This document shows positions 30,431-40,559 of a stretch of 64,000 bases of DNA, one piece after another. The notes below the pieces were generated by a model. It was not told the origin of the DNA. It was given only the letters and a program-made list of their open reading frames with translations, and ran no database searches. The stretch spans positions 64,001-128,000 of the forward strand of contig JAYPQH010000032.1 in the NCBI GenBank assembly GCA_038131935.1, written 5' to 3'. The position numbers were made by a program, and so were the translations under genes. Each line of letters opens with the position of its first letter. Positions within the stretch are counted from its first letter, which is position 1. The DNA is from Alphaproteobacteria bacterium. Its GTDB lineage: Bacteria > Pseudomonadota > Alphaproteobacteria > UBA8317.

Positions 30431-31270
30431 ATGGCAACCATAACAACGCCTGATGGCATTAAACTATATGTTGAAGAAGCAGGATCTGGAACGCCAATTG
30501 TCTTTGTCCATGAATTTGCAGGAGATTGGAGATCCTGGGAACCACAGATTCGTCATTTTTCCCGACGCCATCGTTGCATTACATACTCTGCAAGAGGATA
30601 CTCACCGTCTGATATCCCTGAAGATGCAGCATTTTATTCACAAGAAAAAGCTCGGGATGATATCCTTGCGGTTATGGATGCCCTCAAGATCGATCGCGCA
30701 CATATTGTTGGGTTATCCATGGGTGCTTTTGCTACAGTACATTTTGGTCTTGCTTACCCTGAAAGGGCACTTTCACTTCTGGTAGCGGGATGTGGTTATG
30801 GGTCTGATCCAAAAGATTACTTACCCTTCAAACAAGAAGCGGAGAAAGCTGCTGCGACAATTGCAGAACATGGCATGGAATATTTTGGGCGCACATACGG
30901 AGCCGGCCCAACCCGTCTACCGTTCAAGCGAAAAGACCCAAGAGGTTTTGAGGAATTCCTCACACGACTTTGCGAACATTCTGCTATGGGATCATCATTA
31001 ACCATGGCCAATTATCAAGCCAAAAGGCCATCACTTTATGACTTCGCGGAAGGCATGAAGAATATGAATGTTCCTACACTCATTGTAAACGGTGACGAAG
31101 ACACCCCTGCATTACTTCCGGGCTTATTCATGAAAGAACATATCCCCGCTTCGGGCATGGTCACCGTTTCGCGAACTGGGCATACCATCAACTTGGAAGA
31201 ACCGGACCTTTTCAATCATTTGTTAGAAACATTCATCGCTGATGTTTCGAGCGGATCGTGGTACCGTTAA
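30431..31270 (+). CDS. Alpha/beta hydrolase
   Basis: 'FVHEFAGD', nucleophile elbow 'GLSMG', 'GHTINLEEP'. Confidence 0.88.
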   Translation: MATITTPDGIKLYVEEAGSGTPIVFVHEFAGDWRSWEPQIRHFSRRHRCITYSARGYSPSDIPEDAAFYSQEKARDDILAVMDALKIDRAHIVGLSMGAFATVHFGLAYPERALSLLVAGCGYGSDPKDYLPFKQEAEKAAATIAEHGMEYFGRTYGAGPTRLPFKRKDPRGFEEFLTRLCEHSAMGSSLTMANYQAKRPSLYDFAEGMKNMNVPTLIVNGDEDTPALLPGLFMKEHIPASGMVTVSRTGHTINLEEPDLFNHLLETFIADVSSGSWYR

Positions 31271-31461
31271 TGATCACGAGGCTTTTCTCGACTTAAGAGG
31301 TTGTCCATGAGCAAACCTCCAAGGCCAAGAATGAGCCCAACCATACTCCAAGCCAACGGCCCCAACGGCGTTTGTAACACACCGTTGGGGAAAAAAATCA
31401 CCGATAGAAGGAAAAGCATACCGCCAAAAATACTGATAGATATGCGAATTTTTTTGGCCAT
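31267..31461 (-). CDS. Small 2-TM hypothetical protein (64 aa)
   Basis: Two hydrophobic stretches; ATG overlaps the pcaD-like stop (TAATG). Confidence 0.6.
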   Translation of the reverse strand: MAKKIRISISIFGGMLFLLSVIFFPNGVLQTPLGPLAWSMVGLILGLGGLLMDNLLSREKPRDH

Positions 31462-32261
31462 TAAGCTTCCTGTGAGTGGATCCAATCAAGAAGAATTTGA
31501 TTGAACATTTGAGGATTTTCAATATTACACAAATGCGCAGCACCAGAAACAACCTTCATGATAGAACCTGGCAGATTTGCAGCGATAACCTCAGACATGG
31601 CAACGGGAAGAGCTGGATCATGCTCTCCGGGGATAACGATTGAAGGCGTTGTGATTTGTGCCAATTGTGCAGTGTAATTCAATTTCATGATGGCGCGTGA
31701 ACAACCAACATAACCTTTAAGGCTTGTGCCACCAATCATCTGCGACACCCTTTCCACCAGATCTGGATTGTTCTGGCGTGTATCTTCTGTCAACCATCGC
31801 GCTAGCGTTGGTTCGACCATGCCCTCCATACCCTCGGCAGTTGCCTTGGCAATACGCTCTTCCCACATGGGGAGTGCTGCTTCAGGTACCGCACTCGATG
31901 TTGCACAAAGAGCCAACGACGAAAACATTTGTGGGTGAAAAATACCAATAGCCTGGCCAGTCATACCACCAATAGACAAACCACAAAAATGTGCCCTCTC
32001 AAAACCGGTTGCCTGAGCCAAAGCGACGGCATCATCTGCCAAATCCTTGATCGTTATCTCTTGATCAAATGTTTCACTTTGGCCATGCCCACGCTTATCA
32101 TAACATAATATCCGAAAATCTTTTGCCATGGCTTCAACTTGTGGGTCCCACATCGAGAAATTGGTTGCCAATGAGTTGCTGAACATGACCTTTATTCCAT
32201 CTTCAGGACCCGTAATACGATAGTGAATATTAACACCATTTATATTCATAAATTCAGACAT
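31461..32261 (-). CDS. pcaD: 3-oxoadipate enol-lactonase-like hydrolase
   Basis: 'FSNSLAT..SMWDPQ', 'YDKRGHG', 'CGLSIGG', 'WEERI', 'AAHLCNIE'. Confidence 0.8.
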   Translation of the reverse strand: MSEFMNINGVNIHYRITGPEDGIKVMFSNSLATNFSMWDPQVEAMAKDFRILCYDKRGHGQSETFDQEITIKDLADDAVALAQATGFERAHFCGLSIGGMTGQAIGIFHPQMFSSLALCATSSAVPEAALPMWEERIAKATAEGMEGMVEPTLARWLTEDTRQNNPDLVERVSQMIGGTSLKGYVGCSRAIMKLNYTAQLAQITTPSIVIPGEHDPALPVAMSEVIAANLPGSIMKVVSGAAHLCNIENPQMFNQILLDWIHSQEA

Positions 32262-32324
32262 TTAAGACTCCTTTTTAAAAAAACATTGCGCTTTTGACAT
32301 ACCCAACACAATTGTTGGTACATA

Positions 32325-33205
32325 TCATATCATGTCCAATTTTTTTGCAAATTCCTTTAACTTCGCACTGGCTTCATCTGGGTTTTCTACATGCACAAAA
32401 TGCCCCGATTCTTCTGAAAATTCACATGTAACATCGTCAAACACTTCACCAAGAAAAGATGACCAGTCAGATATTAAAATAGGATCATGCCGCCCCCAGT
32501 AAACATGTGTGGGGATTTTTATACGCGGGTGGTCATCAGCATTGTTGTTGATCGCCTTCAACCGAGCTTTATTTTGACTTCTGTACCAATTAAACCCCCC
32601 AACCAAAGCGCCAGGCTTACGAAAATTTTCAACCCAATCATCCATCATGGAATCAAAGGCATTTTTTCGATAGCACCAATGGCGAATCATATAAGTGAAA
32701 TACATCCGACATGTATCCTCAGAATATCCCACAAGTTGTTCCGCGAGGTCTAATTGATGAAATGTTTGGTACCAGATTTCATTGACATGATTTCCTTCTA
32801 CCCAGCGCGATCCAACAGCTGGGGTTGGACAATTAAAAAACAACAAACCTTTCAGTTGGGCAGGAGCCAAGCGAGCAAGTGCTTGCATAACATAAGCTCC
32901 CACATCATGGCCCACCACAATAGGTGGTCTTTCTGCATAATGAGCGATCACCTCAAGCAATATTTTGGCATGGAATTCTGCACCATGATCGGTATGTGGG
33001 CCATTAGGTTTATCGCTATCTCCAAAACCATACAGATCAGGCATGATTAAACGAAACCCTTGGTTCTGAAGACGATCTGCCATGGGCTTCCATGTCATCA
33101 AAATTCTGGCCAACCATGTATCAAAATTACCGGCACACCTTCCCCACTCAAGGCAACATGAATATTTTGGCCTGCGTTGGTGACGAAATTTTCATGGGTA
33201 ATCAT
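32325..33205 (-). CDS. Epoxide hydrolase/haloacetate dehalogenase-like alpha/beta hydrolase; 1-nt deletion near 33098
   Basis: 'LIHGWPEF' in ORF 33098..33391 continues as 'W-MTWKP...PDLYGFGDSDKP...GHDVG...WYQTFH...GHFVHVE' if one G is restored. Confidence 0.82.
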
Positions 33206-33335
33206 CAGTATCCCCTTACCTATTTTATCAATATCATTGAGCACCAAAGTTTCGTTCTCTGCAACCATGAGTTGAGAATACTTGAAGATTTTTGCTTTTT
33301 GCGTTTGAGTAAGACTTACTCTTTCAAAAAAGTGA

Positions 33336-34922
33336 GTGATGCCCAACATGATGGAAGAACCAATATATCCTTTCACCACACGTACAAGCAATTTGGCCCA
33401 TTACATCTGTGCGAACGCCGCGCGATTACCTGATCATCACGCGATGATATGGGGAGATGAATCCTGGTCTTGGTCTTTGTTTTGGGAACGCGTGGGACGC
33501 ATTGCAGCAATCCTCAAAAACAATGGAATTGAGAAAGGTGACAGGATTTTGATCCAGTCCACGAATTGCAATCAAATGTTTGAAGCTATGTTTGCAAGTT
33601 TCGCCATAGGTGCGGTTTGGGTACCAGCCAATTTTCGTGGCATGCCAAAAGACCTTGCCTGGATGGCGGAGCTTTCCAAGGCAAAGCTTCTTATCTGCCA
33701 TGAAGAATTTCCTGAGCATGCTGCCATAAAAACACCATGGCTGCAGTCCGTTTTGGCTATTGGAGGCAGTTCTTTTGGACCAAATATCGAAACCCTCATG
33801 AAGGAGTAACTGCACCAGATAATAATCTGGAGCCTGTTGATAGAGATGATCCCGCATGGCTGTTTTTTACATCTGGAACCAGTGGAAAACCCAAAGCAGG
33901 CACCCTAACCCACGGCCAACTTCACTTTATCATCAACAACCATTTGTGTGACCTGACCCCAGGCATAAAACCATCGTGATGCGAGCCTCGTTGTGGCACC
34001 TCTTTCTCACGGGGCTGGCATACATCAACTCATGATATCAGCCAAAGCTGCACCTACTGTTCTTACGTCTAACAAAAAATTTGACACAGCCGAAATTTGG
34101 TCTCTGATCGAAAAGTGGAAGATCACAAATATGTTTACCGTCCCAACCATCTTAAAGCTGATTGTTGAGGCGTCGGAAGCTCAAGCAAGTACAAAAGACT
34201 CACTACGCTACATTATTTATGCCGGAGCACCCATGTTTCGCGAAGATCAACGCAAAGCTATAGAACTTTTAGGTCCTGTTCTTGTGCAATATTATGGCCT
34301 CGGTGAGGTTACTGGTGCCATCACTGTACTACCTCCGGAAGGCCATGCTGAAGATCAATTGCGAGAAGGAAGTTGCGGCTACCCACGAACAGGTGTGCAA
34401 ATTAGCATTAGGGATGAACAAGGTCAGTTATGCGCTGATATGGAAACAGGAGAAATTTGTGTACTGGGTCCATCTGTCTTTGCGGGATACTGGGATAATC
34501 CAGAAGCCAACCAGAAAAGTTTTCATGATGGATGGTTCAGAACAGGCGACATTGGCCATCTCGATAAGAATGGATATCTCTACATAACTGGTCGTGCATC
34601 AGATATGTATATTTCAGGTGGATCTAATATCCATCCCCGAGAGATCGAAGAAAAAATCCTCGAGCATGAAGCTATTAATGAAGTTGCTGTTTTTGGCATT
34701 CCCGATGCCAAATGGGGAGAAATAGGGGTTGCTGTGTGCAAATATGAAAAAGGCAAAACTGTATCCGCTGAAGCTTTAGAAGCGTTCATACGACAAGACA
34801 TAGCTGGTTATAAAATTCCAAGGGAATTTTACTTTTGGGATGAAATACCCAAGTCAGGCTATGGTAAGTTGGCGAAACGTTTGATTAGAGATGAATTGCT
34901 TCGTAGAAAAGATGAGAATTAA
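33336..34922 (+). CDS. Acyl-CoA synthetase split into three ORFs by two indels (near 33800 and 33968)
   Basis: N-terminal AMP-binding part, then 'FFTSGTSGKPK', then 'APLSHGAG', 'QYYGLGE', 'FRTGD', 'PKSGYGK'. Confidence 0.85.
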
Positions 34923-34925
34923 ACC

Positions 34926-35786
34926 ATGCGGCATATCAAACATCCCGGCCCTGTAAATCCTAAGCGCTATTTTGCATCACCCACGACATACGAAGAAGTT
35001 ACTGTTACCATTGGTAGCCAACAAGACCTCAAACAAGAAATCATGAATGTTGTGGCATCTAAAAATTGGAAAGGCGGTTGTTTCTTTCTACAACAAGCCC
35101 CAGTTCGTCATCTAAGTTACTTCATGCCTGCAGACGCACCAGATCTTCAGCATGTCGCATGGTTTTCTGATGAGTATCAATTTGAACAAGGTCAAATCGA
35201 TACCTTAGGTATGATGGCTGGCTTGGGAGAGCAAGGACCATATTTTCATGGACATGGGGCGTGGAGTGACGCTGCAGGAAATTCTTTTATGGGGCACATC
35301 ATACCTGAAAAAACTTTCTTAAATGCTCCCATCACATGTCATGCTATTGGATTTTTAGATGGGAATTTTTGTCGACGTTTCGACGAGGAAACCAATTTCA
35401 CACTTTTGTTTCCTGAAGATCATCAAGCCAAGCAGGTATCTGCTCATGAAGAAGCCATTCTTCTGAAGTTAGCACCAAACCAAGATATATCTCACGCACT
35501 TGTGAATATTACAAAAGAACTTGGGTGGGAAAAGGCTAGTTTTCATGGGGTTGGCAGCTTGCAGGGGACCTACACCGAAAATGATGGCAATATAGAAGAT
35601 CATGCCGTAGAATTTTTGATCACAAAGGCAATTGTACAAAACGAGCATAGCGAAATAGAGGTCATTTCGGTTGGCAAGTCCCAAAAAGAACGATGCACAG
35701 GCACGCTTATTCCTGGTCAAAATTCTATTCTGATCACCGCAGAACTCATTGGCATCCATCGCCACAGCAAACAAAACCTTTTTTGA
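34926..35786 (+). CDS. Tandem PPC/DUF296-domain protein
   Basis: 'MRHIKHPGP'; N-domain 'FHGHG...GHI'; 'DEETNFTLL'; C-domain 'LAPNQDI', 'HGVGSL', 'ITAEL'. Confidence 0.75.
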   Translation: MRHIKHPGPVNPKRYFASPTTYEEVTVTIGSQQDLKQEIMNVVASKNWKGGCFFLQQAPVRHLSYFMPADAPDLQHVAWFSDEYQFEQGQIDTLGMMAGLGEQGPYFHGHGAWSDAAGNSFMGHIIPEKTFLNAPITCHAIGFLDGNFCRRFDEETNFTLLFPEDHQAKQVSAHEEAILLKLAPNQDISHALVNITKELGWEKASFHGVGSLQGTYTENDGNIEDHAVEFLITKAIVQNEHSEIEVISVGKSQKERCTGTLIPGQNSILITAELIGIHRHSKQNLF

Positions 35787-35804
35787 TTGCTGTGGATACA
35801 CAAT

Positions 35805-36656
35805 TTACGCGTCTAAATAGGATTGCCATTCTTGATGCAATGATCCCTGATGGTTCTCTAATGATTCCAAAATAGTGAAATGGTTCAGGTCTTTTAAAAC
35901 CAAATACTTCCAACCTTTTGATGATACATCCCATGACTTTGCCAAAGATTGACTCTGGTCAATAAATTCATCTGACTCAGCACCACCAACCACAATCATT
36001 AATTTTTTGACGGACTTTGGAACAAGATATTCTGGGCTTCGCTTAGATAAATCTTCCTCGTTCAGTTGAAGAATCTCGTTCATGTAACTTAATTTGATAG
36101 GCTTCAAATCATATAGCCCTGAAATCAACAATGCTGCTTCGACAGCATTGTCCCCCAAGCGTGGCTCGCACAATAACATAGCAGCGAGATGCCCCCCAGC
36201 AGAGTGCCCAACCAACCGAATTTTTTCAGGGTCTCCCCCAAAATCAAGAATGTTTTCCCGCACCCAAATTATTGATTTCACACATTGATCAACAATGCCT
36301 TCCAGCGTGATATGAGGGATCAAACTATAATTTACAACAACAACGACATAACCTTTTTGGGTCCAAGAAGCCGCCAAAAACCTAAAGTCATCTTTGTGAC
36401 GAGATGTCCAAAAACCTCCATGTATGTAAACCATGACGGGTGCGTTGGTGCTGTTTTCCGCTGGCAAATAAATATCTAAAAGCTCATCTTCATGTTTTCC
36501 AAATGGCAGATCCAGATGGGGCGCTCGGGCAAATGAAAAGTCTTTACCTTTTTGAAACAATTCGCCCATAATGACTTCATGTTCGGGGACCCGTTTGCGG
36601 TTATTGTATTGCGCATCAAGTTCGTCTTGGCTGTAATTTTTATACATAAGTTCCAC
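35805..36656 (-). CDS. Alpha/beta hydrolase, arylformamidase (AFMID)-like
   Basis: 'ELDAQYNNR..VP', 'IHGGFW', 'GHSAGGHL', 'ISGLYDL', 'NHF'. Confidence 0.85.
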   Translation of the reverse strand: MELMYKNYSQDELDAQYNNRKRVPEHEVIMGELFQKGKDFSFARAPHLDLPFGKHEDELLDIYLPAENSTNAPVMVYIHGGFWTSRHKDDFRFLAASWTQKGYVVVVVNYSLIPHITLEGIVDQCVKSIIWVRENILDFGGDPEKIRLVGHSAGGHLAAMLLCEPRLGDNAVEAALLISGLYDLKPIKLSYMNEILQLNEEDLSKRSPEYLVPKSVKKLMIVVGGAESDEFIDQSQSLAKSWDVSSKGWKYLVLKDLNHFTILESLENHQGSLHQEWQSYLDA

Positions 36657-36830
36657 CCCTTATTTTTAAAAACAATCCAATTCACTCCAACCACGCAAGT
36701 GTCGCAAGCCAGATTGATGAAGAGAAGATGTATAGATCATTATTTCCCTTGTCACGCATTCGCTCCTAAGAATAGGCTTCATTACTATTATTTTATCGCC
36801 GGTCGCGTTCGACAACGTAAGGAATAAAGC

Positions 36831-37743
36831 ATGGATAACTTGATTGGATTCATTGGCTTAGGACGTATGGGCCTACCAATGGCAAAAACCTCACCAAAAG
36901 GCTTTTCATTAATGGTTTACGACATCAATGAAGAACCGATGCAAGAATTGGCAACATACCAAGCAAGGATGGCAAAGGATGTTGCTGAAATCGCTCAGAA
37001 TTGCGCCACTATTATTACAATGCTGCCAGACTCAAATGTAGTGAATGAGGTGATTGGAGGAACTGAAGGTGTCTTTACCCACAGCCCTTCACCACGACTT
37101 ATCATGGACATGAGTACAATTGACCCAAAGACAACAGATATGCTGGCTGAAAAAGCTCACATGTTAGGCCATGGGTTTGTGGATGCACCCGTGGGCAGAC
37201 TTGCAAGTCATGCCGATAGAGGTGAGTCATTGTTTATGGTGGGAGCCACAGACGATCAATTCTCAATCCTTAAACCCATGATGGAAGCGATGGGCAGTAC
37301 AATATATCATTGTGGTCCGGTAGGAAGTGGCGTGCGTACAAAACTTGTCAACAACTTCCTAGCTGTTGCATCCTGCCAATTTAACGCTGAGGCACTCAGT
37401 CTTGCTCAATCATTGGGATTGAATTTGGAAAAAACACTCGACGTAATTTATGGTACCACTGCATTTAACGGGCAATTAAAGATCGCGTGGCCTGATAAAG
37501 TTTTGGCGGGAGATATTTCACCTGGATTTACCATTGACCTCGCGCATAAAGATCTTTCACTGGTCATGAATGCGGCTCATGATGTGCGTGTACTCTACCT
37601 ATGGGCGCTGCAGCTTTGAAGCCTTTAGCTCTGCTCGCGCACGAGGCTACGGAAAGGCAGATTTTTCAGCTATGCTTGATGCACATTCATCACTCGCTGG
37701 CCATGCAGCCCCTCGTCTTAAAAGTAGTGACGAAGAAGCATAA
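36831..37743 (+). CDS. Beta-hydroxyacid dehydrogenase, sulfolactaldehyde reductase YihU-like; C-terminal indels
   Basis: 'GLGRMG', 'DAPVGR', 'KLVNN', 'WPDKVLAGDISPGFTIDLAHKDL'; shifted frames continue 'PLPMGAAA.EAFSSARARGYGKADFSAML' to TAA 37743. Confidence 0.8.
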
Positions 37744-38020
37744 TTTATCTGAATGAACTCAAAGTCTCACCCCCAAAGGGTGGGACGTACATCTGTCACC
37801 ATTTTCCATGAACATAAACGCCATTGTACCATGTCATGGTTGAAAAAATTTAAGAGGTCACAACAACCCAAATTTTTAGGATCAAAGCCACGATAAGTAC
37901 GCATAAACCTAATTTTTGTATGCTCATACGCTTCCTTCACAACCATCGATACGTAAAAGATGTATAATGATCAAATCCAACAACCCACCCCATCATAATA
38001 GGCCAATAAAAGGACAAGCC

Positions 38021-38938
38021 ATGCCGCCAATCTGCACGCCTAACACCCAAATTCCATCTGGCATATACCCTATGATGTATAGCTTTTTTGAAGATAATGG
38101 CAAATTAAGATACCCAATGTTGGATCTCCAGATCGATATAGCACTGGAGCATCAAGCTACAGGCATTGCCATTCTTGGGTTGGCGACTGAGGTTAATATG
38201 CTAACGAAGGATGAACAAATCAGTCTTGTCAAAAATGCCGTAAACCGAATTGCAGATCGATGCCCGCTTCTGGTTACCGTCACCGGGGAAAATGCTGATG
38301 AGCAAATATATTATGGAAAAAAATTTATGGACCTTGGTGCACATGCACTCATCCTGCAACCCCCAACCATGATAGATAATGCTGAGCATTTATTTGAACA
38401 AATTTCCTACACTATTTCTCAACTAACGTCACCAATAGGCATACAACATGCACCTGAGTTTTTAGGTCATGGATTAACAGGCAAACAAATCATCCATCTT
38501 GCACAGACCTATCCCCATTTTGTTCTTACCAAACTGGAATCAACCGCTGTAGAGCTTGCCTCTATAGCCCAAAACCTGGATGACAGCACACAGTTGTTCA
38601 ATGGTCGTTGTGGGCTAGAGCTCACAGACAATCTTCGTGGCGGCGCGTCAGGTATTATCCCAAGCATAGAGCTTATTGATCGCACCACGAGGACATTCTC
38701 GTTCTATCAGAATGGTCAACATGAAGAAGCGGAGACCACATATCGCTCTATCTTGCCCATGATCAGTTTTATGATGCAAGGCATACCCCATTTTCTCACT
38801 TATGGAAAATTATTGGCATCATTGCGGATGAATATCAGCCCCGGAGGCACCCGAGGCAAGATAAAACCTCCTACCGAGTTCGGGTTTGAGATCACAAAAC
38901 GCTTCGCTGATGAACTTGGTATGTTAAATATATCGTAA
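38021..38938 (+). CDS. DHDPS/NAL family, 2-keto-3-deoxy-arabonate dehydratase-like
   Basis: 'GIYPM', 'ILGLATE', 'IQHAP' (Gln in place of the DHDPS Tyr), Schiff-base 'KLE', 'FNGRCG'. Confidence 0.75.
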   Translation: MPPICTPNTQIPSGIYPMMYSFFEDNGKLRYPMLDLQIDIALEHQATGIAILGLATEVNMLTKDEQISLVKNAVNRIADRCPLLVTVTGENADEQIYYGKKFMDLGAHALILQPPTMIDNAEHLFEQISYTISQLTSPIGIQHAPEFLGHGLTGKQIIHLAQTYPHFVLTKLESTAVELASIAQNLDDSTQLFNGRCGLELTDNLRGGASGIIPSIELIDRTTRTFSFYQNGQHEEAETTYRSILPMISFMMQGIPHFLTYGKLLASLRMNISPGGTRGKIKPPTEFGFEITKRFADELGMLNIS

Positions 38939-39038
38939 ATTTGGCTATAAACCATTCAATTGAAATGAATAATTCTGCACGCAAACTTTGCAAGAAATGA
39001 TGGTTTAAAATAGCTCTAGTTCATAAAGAAAAAGTTTT

Positions 39039-40232
39039 TTACGCGTTAGCTATGCGAATGTGACAATCTTGCCGATCTAGAAAATCTTTTTGAAGAGAAC
39101 CCCCCAACCCTACCCCATCAGGCAATGAAATACGTCCTTGATGCAGTGGCGGCAAACTGTCTAAAACATCCGCGTACCAGCCATAATAAAAGGCACGAAC
39201 GATTTCTTGAATATATACATTTGATGTACCGCACGCAAAATGCACTGCAGCCGTCAATGCAACAGGGCCCGTGCAATCATGGGCTGCAACCGGTGTATGA
39301 TGGGCCTCGGCCAATGCGGCAACCTTTTGTGCGACGGACAATCCTCCACACCATGTTATATCAAGAATTGCCACAGACAAACGCTGTGGTGTTATGACGG
39401 ACGCAAATTCTCCTAAACCACCAAGACGCTCACCAGCTGCAATGGGACATCGGGTTTGTTCTGCAACCAGTGGCATACTCTGAAGGTTGTCTTGGAACAC
39501 AGGGTCTTCAACCCAATGTGGCGAAAACTGCTCCAAGGCATGGCAAATTTTAAGAGCCATAGGAACACTCCACAAAGAATGAAGTTCGGCCATAATCTCC
39601 ATTTTGTCTCCAAGCGCCTTCCTAATCTTGATGAAGGGCTCTAGCGCCTTTTCCATTTGAGCTGGTGTTATGGCATATCCACCTGATAACTCAGCAGCAT
39701 AGTCAAACGGCCAAATCTTCATGGCCGTAATACCCATCTCCAATAAAGAATATGCCAATTCATCAGGGGTATTCATGAAAGCCTGCAGGTCCTCATAAAC
39801 CTGACCATGACCCAAGCCAAAGTTTTGTGTTTGCTGTTTCGATGATTGCCTTACATATCCACTGCCAGCACAGGTGTTATAAACTGGCAATTCATCACGT
39901 ATCGGGCCACCCAGCAGTTGAGCAACAGACTGATTTGTCTGTTGACCCCATAAATCCCACAAAGCAATGTCAACAGCAGAACGGCCACGCATCTCCGCAC
40001 TTGCCCCATTAAAACCAAGATAACCAAGCATCTTATCCTGAAAAAAACCCACTTTATGTGGCGACTTCCCCAATAAGGCAGGTGCAATCACGTCATGAAT
40101 ATGTGCTTCGGCGGCCGCAGCACCCATGAATGTCTCACCCAACCCAACTGTGCCATCACTGGTACGAAGCTGTACCCATAATAAATTAGGAAATTCTTCA
40201 CATCTAATCGTTTCAATTGCGGTAATGTTCAT
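39039..40232 (-). CDS. Mandelate racemase/muconate lactonizing enzyme family (acid-sugar dehydratase-like)
   Basis: 'GLGETF', 'SAVDIALWD', 'YNTCAG', 'KIWPFD', 'WVEDP', 'HDCTGP'. Confidence 0.88.
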   Translation of the reverse strand: MNITAIETIRCEEFPNLLWVQLRTSDGTVGLGETFMGAAAAEAHIHDVIAPALLGKSPHKVGFFQDKMLGYLGFNGASAEMRGRSAVDIALWDLWGQQTNQSVAQLLGGPIRDELPVYNTCAGSGYVRQSSKQQTQNFGLGHGQVYEDLQAFMNTPDELAYSLLEMGITAMKIWPFDYAAELSGGYAITPAQMEKALEPFIKIRKALGDKMEIMAELHSLWSVPMALKICHALEQFSPHWVEDPVFQDNLQSMPLVAEQTRCPIAAGERLGGLGEFASVITPQRLSVAILDITWCGGLSVAQKVAALAEAHHTPVAAHDCTGPVALTAAVHFACGTSNVYIQEIVRAFYYGWYADVLDSLPPLHQGRISLPDGVGLGGSLQKDFLDRQDCHIRIANA

Positions 40233-40243
40233 TTTGAGCCTTC

Positions 40244-40369
40244 TTACTTAGCTAATATGCGCGCACCCTTTTCAAAGTTATCATTAGGCTCCCCTAATGT
40301 CAGCGCGAATACCAATATGCCAACCAAACATACACCAATGACACAAACAATGATAAGTCGACTATCCAT
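40244..40369 (-). CDS. Unannotated small single-TM protein, 41 aa (MDSRLIIVCVIGVCLVGILVFALTLGEPNDNFEKGARILAK)
   Basis: Manual translation; GGGAGG 5 nt before ATG; about 20-aa hydrophobic stretch; stop 11 nt before the enolase start. Confidence 0.7.
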   Translation of the reverse strand: MDSRLIIVCVIGVCLVGILVFALTLGEPNDNFEKGARILAK

Positions 40370-40559
40370 AAAAACCTCCCACAATTACCATAACCGCCAC
40401 ATTTGACGTTCATAATAACTATGACACAAAGACATTTGCGGTGATGATGCGTCCCATAACCACATCCATTCAAAGGTAAGCACAAACAATGGACCAAAAT
40501 TTACTGGTCTAATCTGTGGTTTTTCTTTTATATTAGAGCTTCTTTGAGGTGATTTTACC

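Noticed and set aside
13375-37743. Complete sulfoglycolytic (sulfo-ED) pathway
   Set aside because: The IlvD/Edd enzyme looks XylD-like, and no sulfoquinovosidase, SQ-binding protein or sulfonate exporter is recognisable
40300-40497. 65-aa Cys-rich ORF in the track
   Set aside because: No RBS and odd composition; the alternative frame 40244-40369 has a strong RBS and clean TM helix
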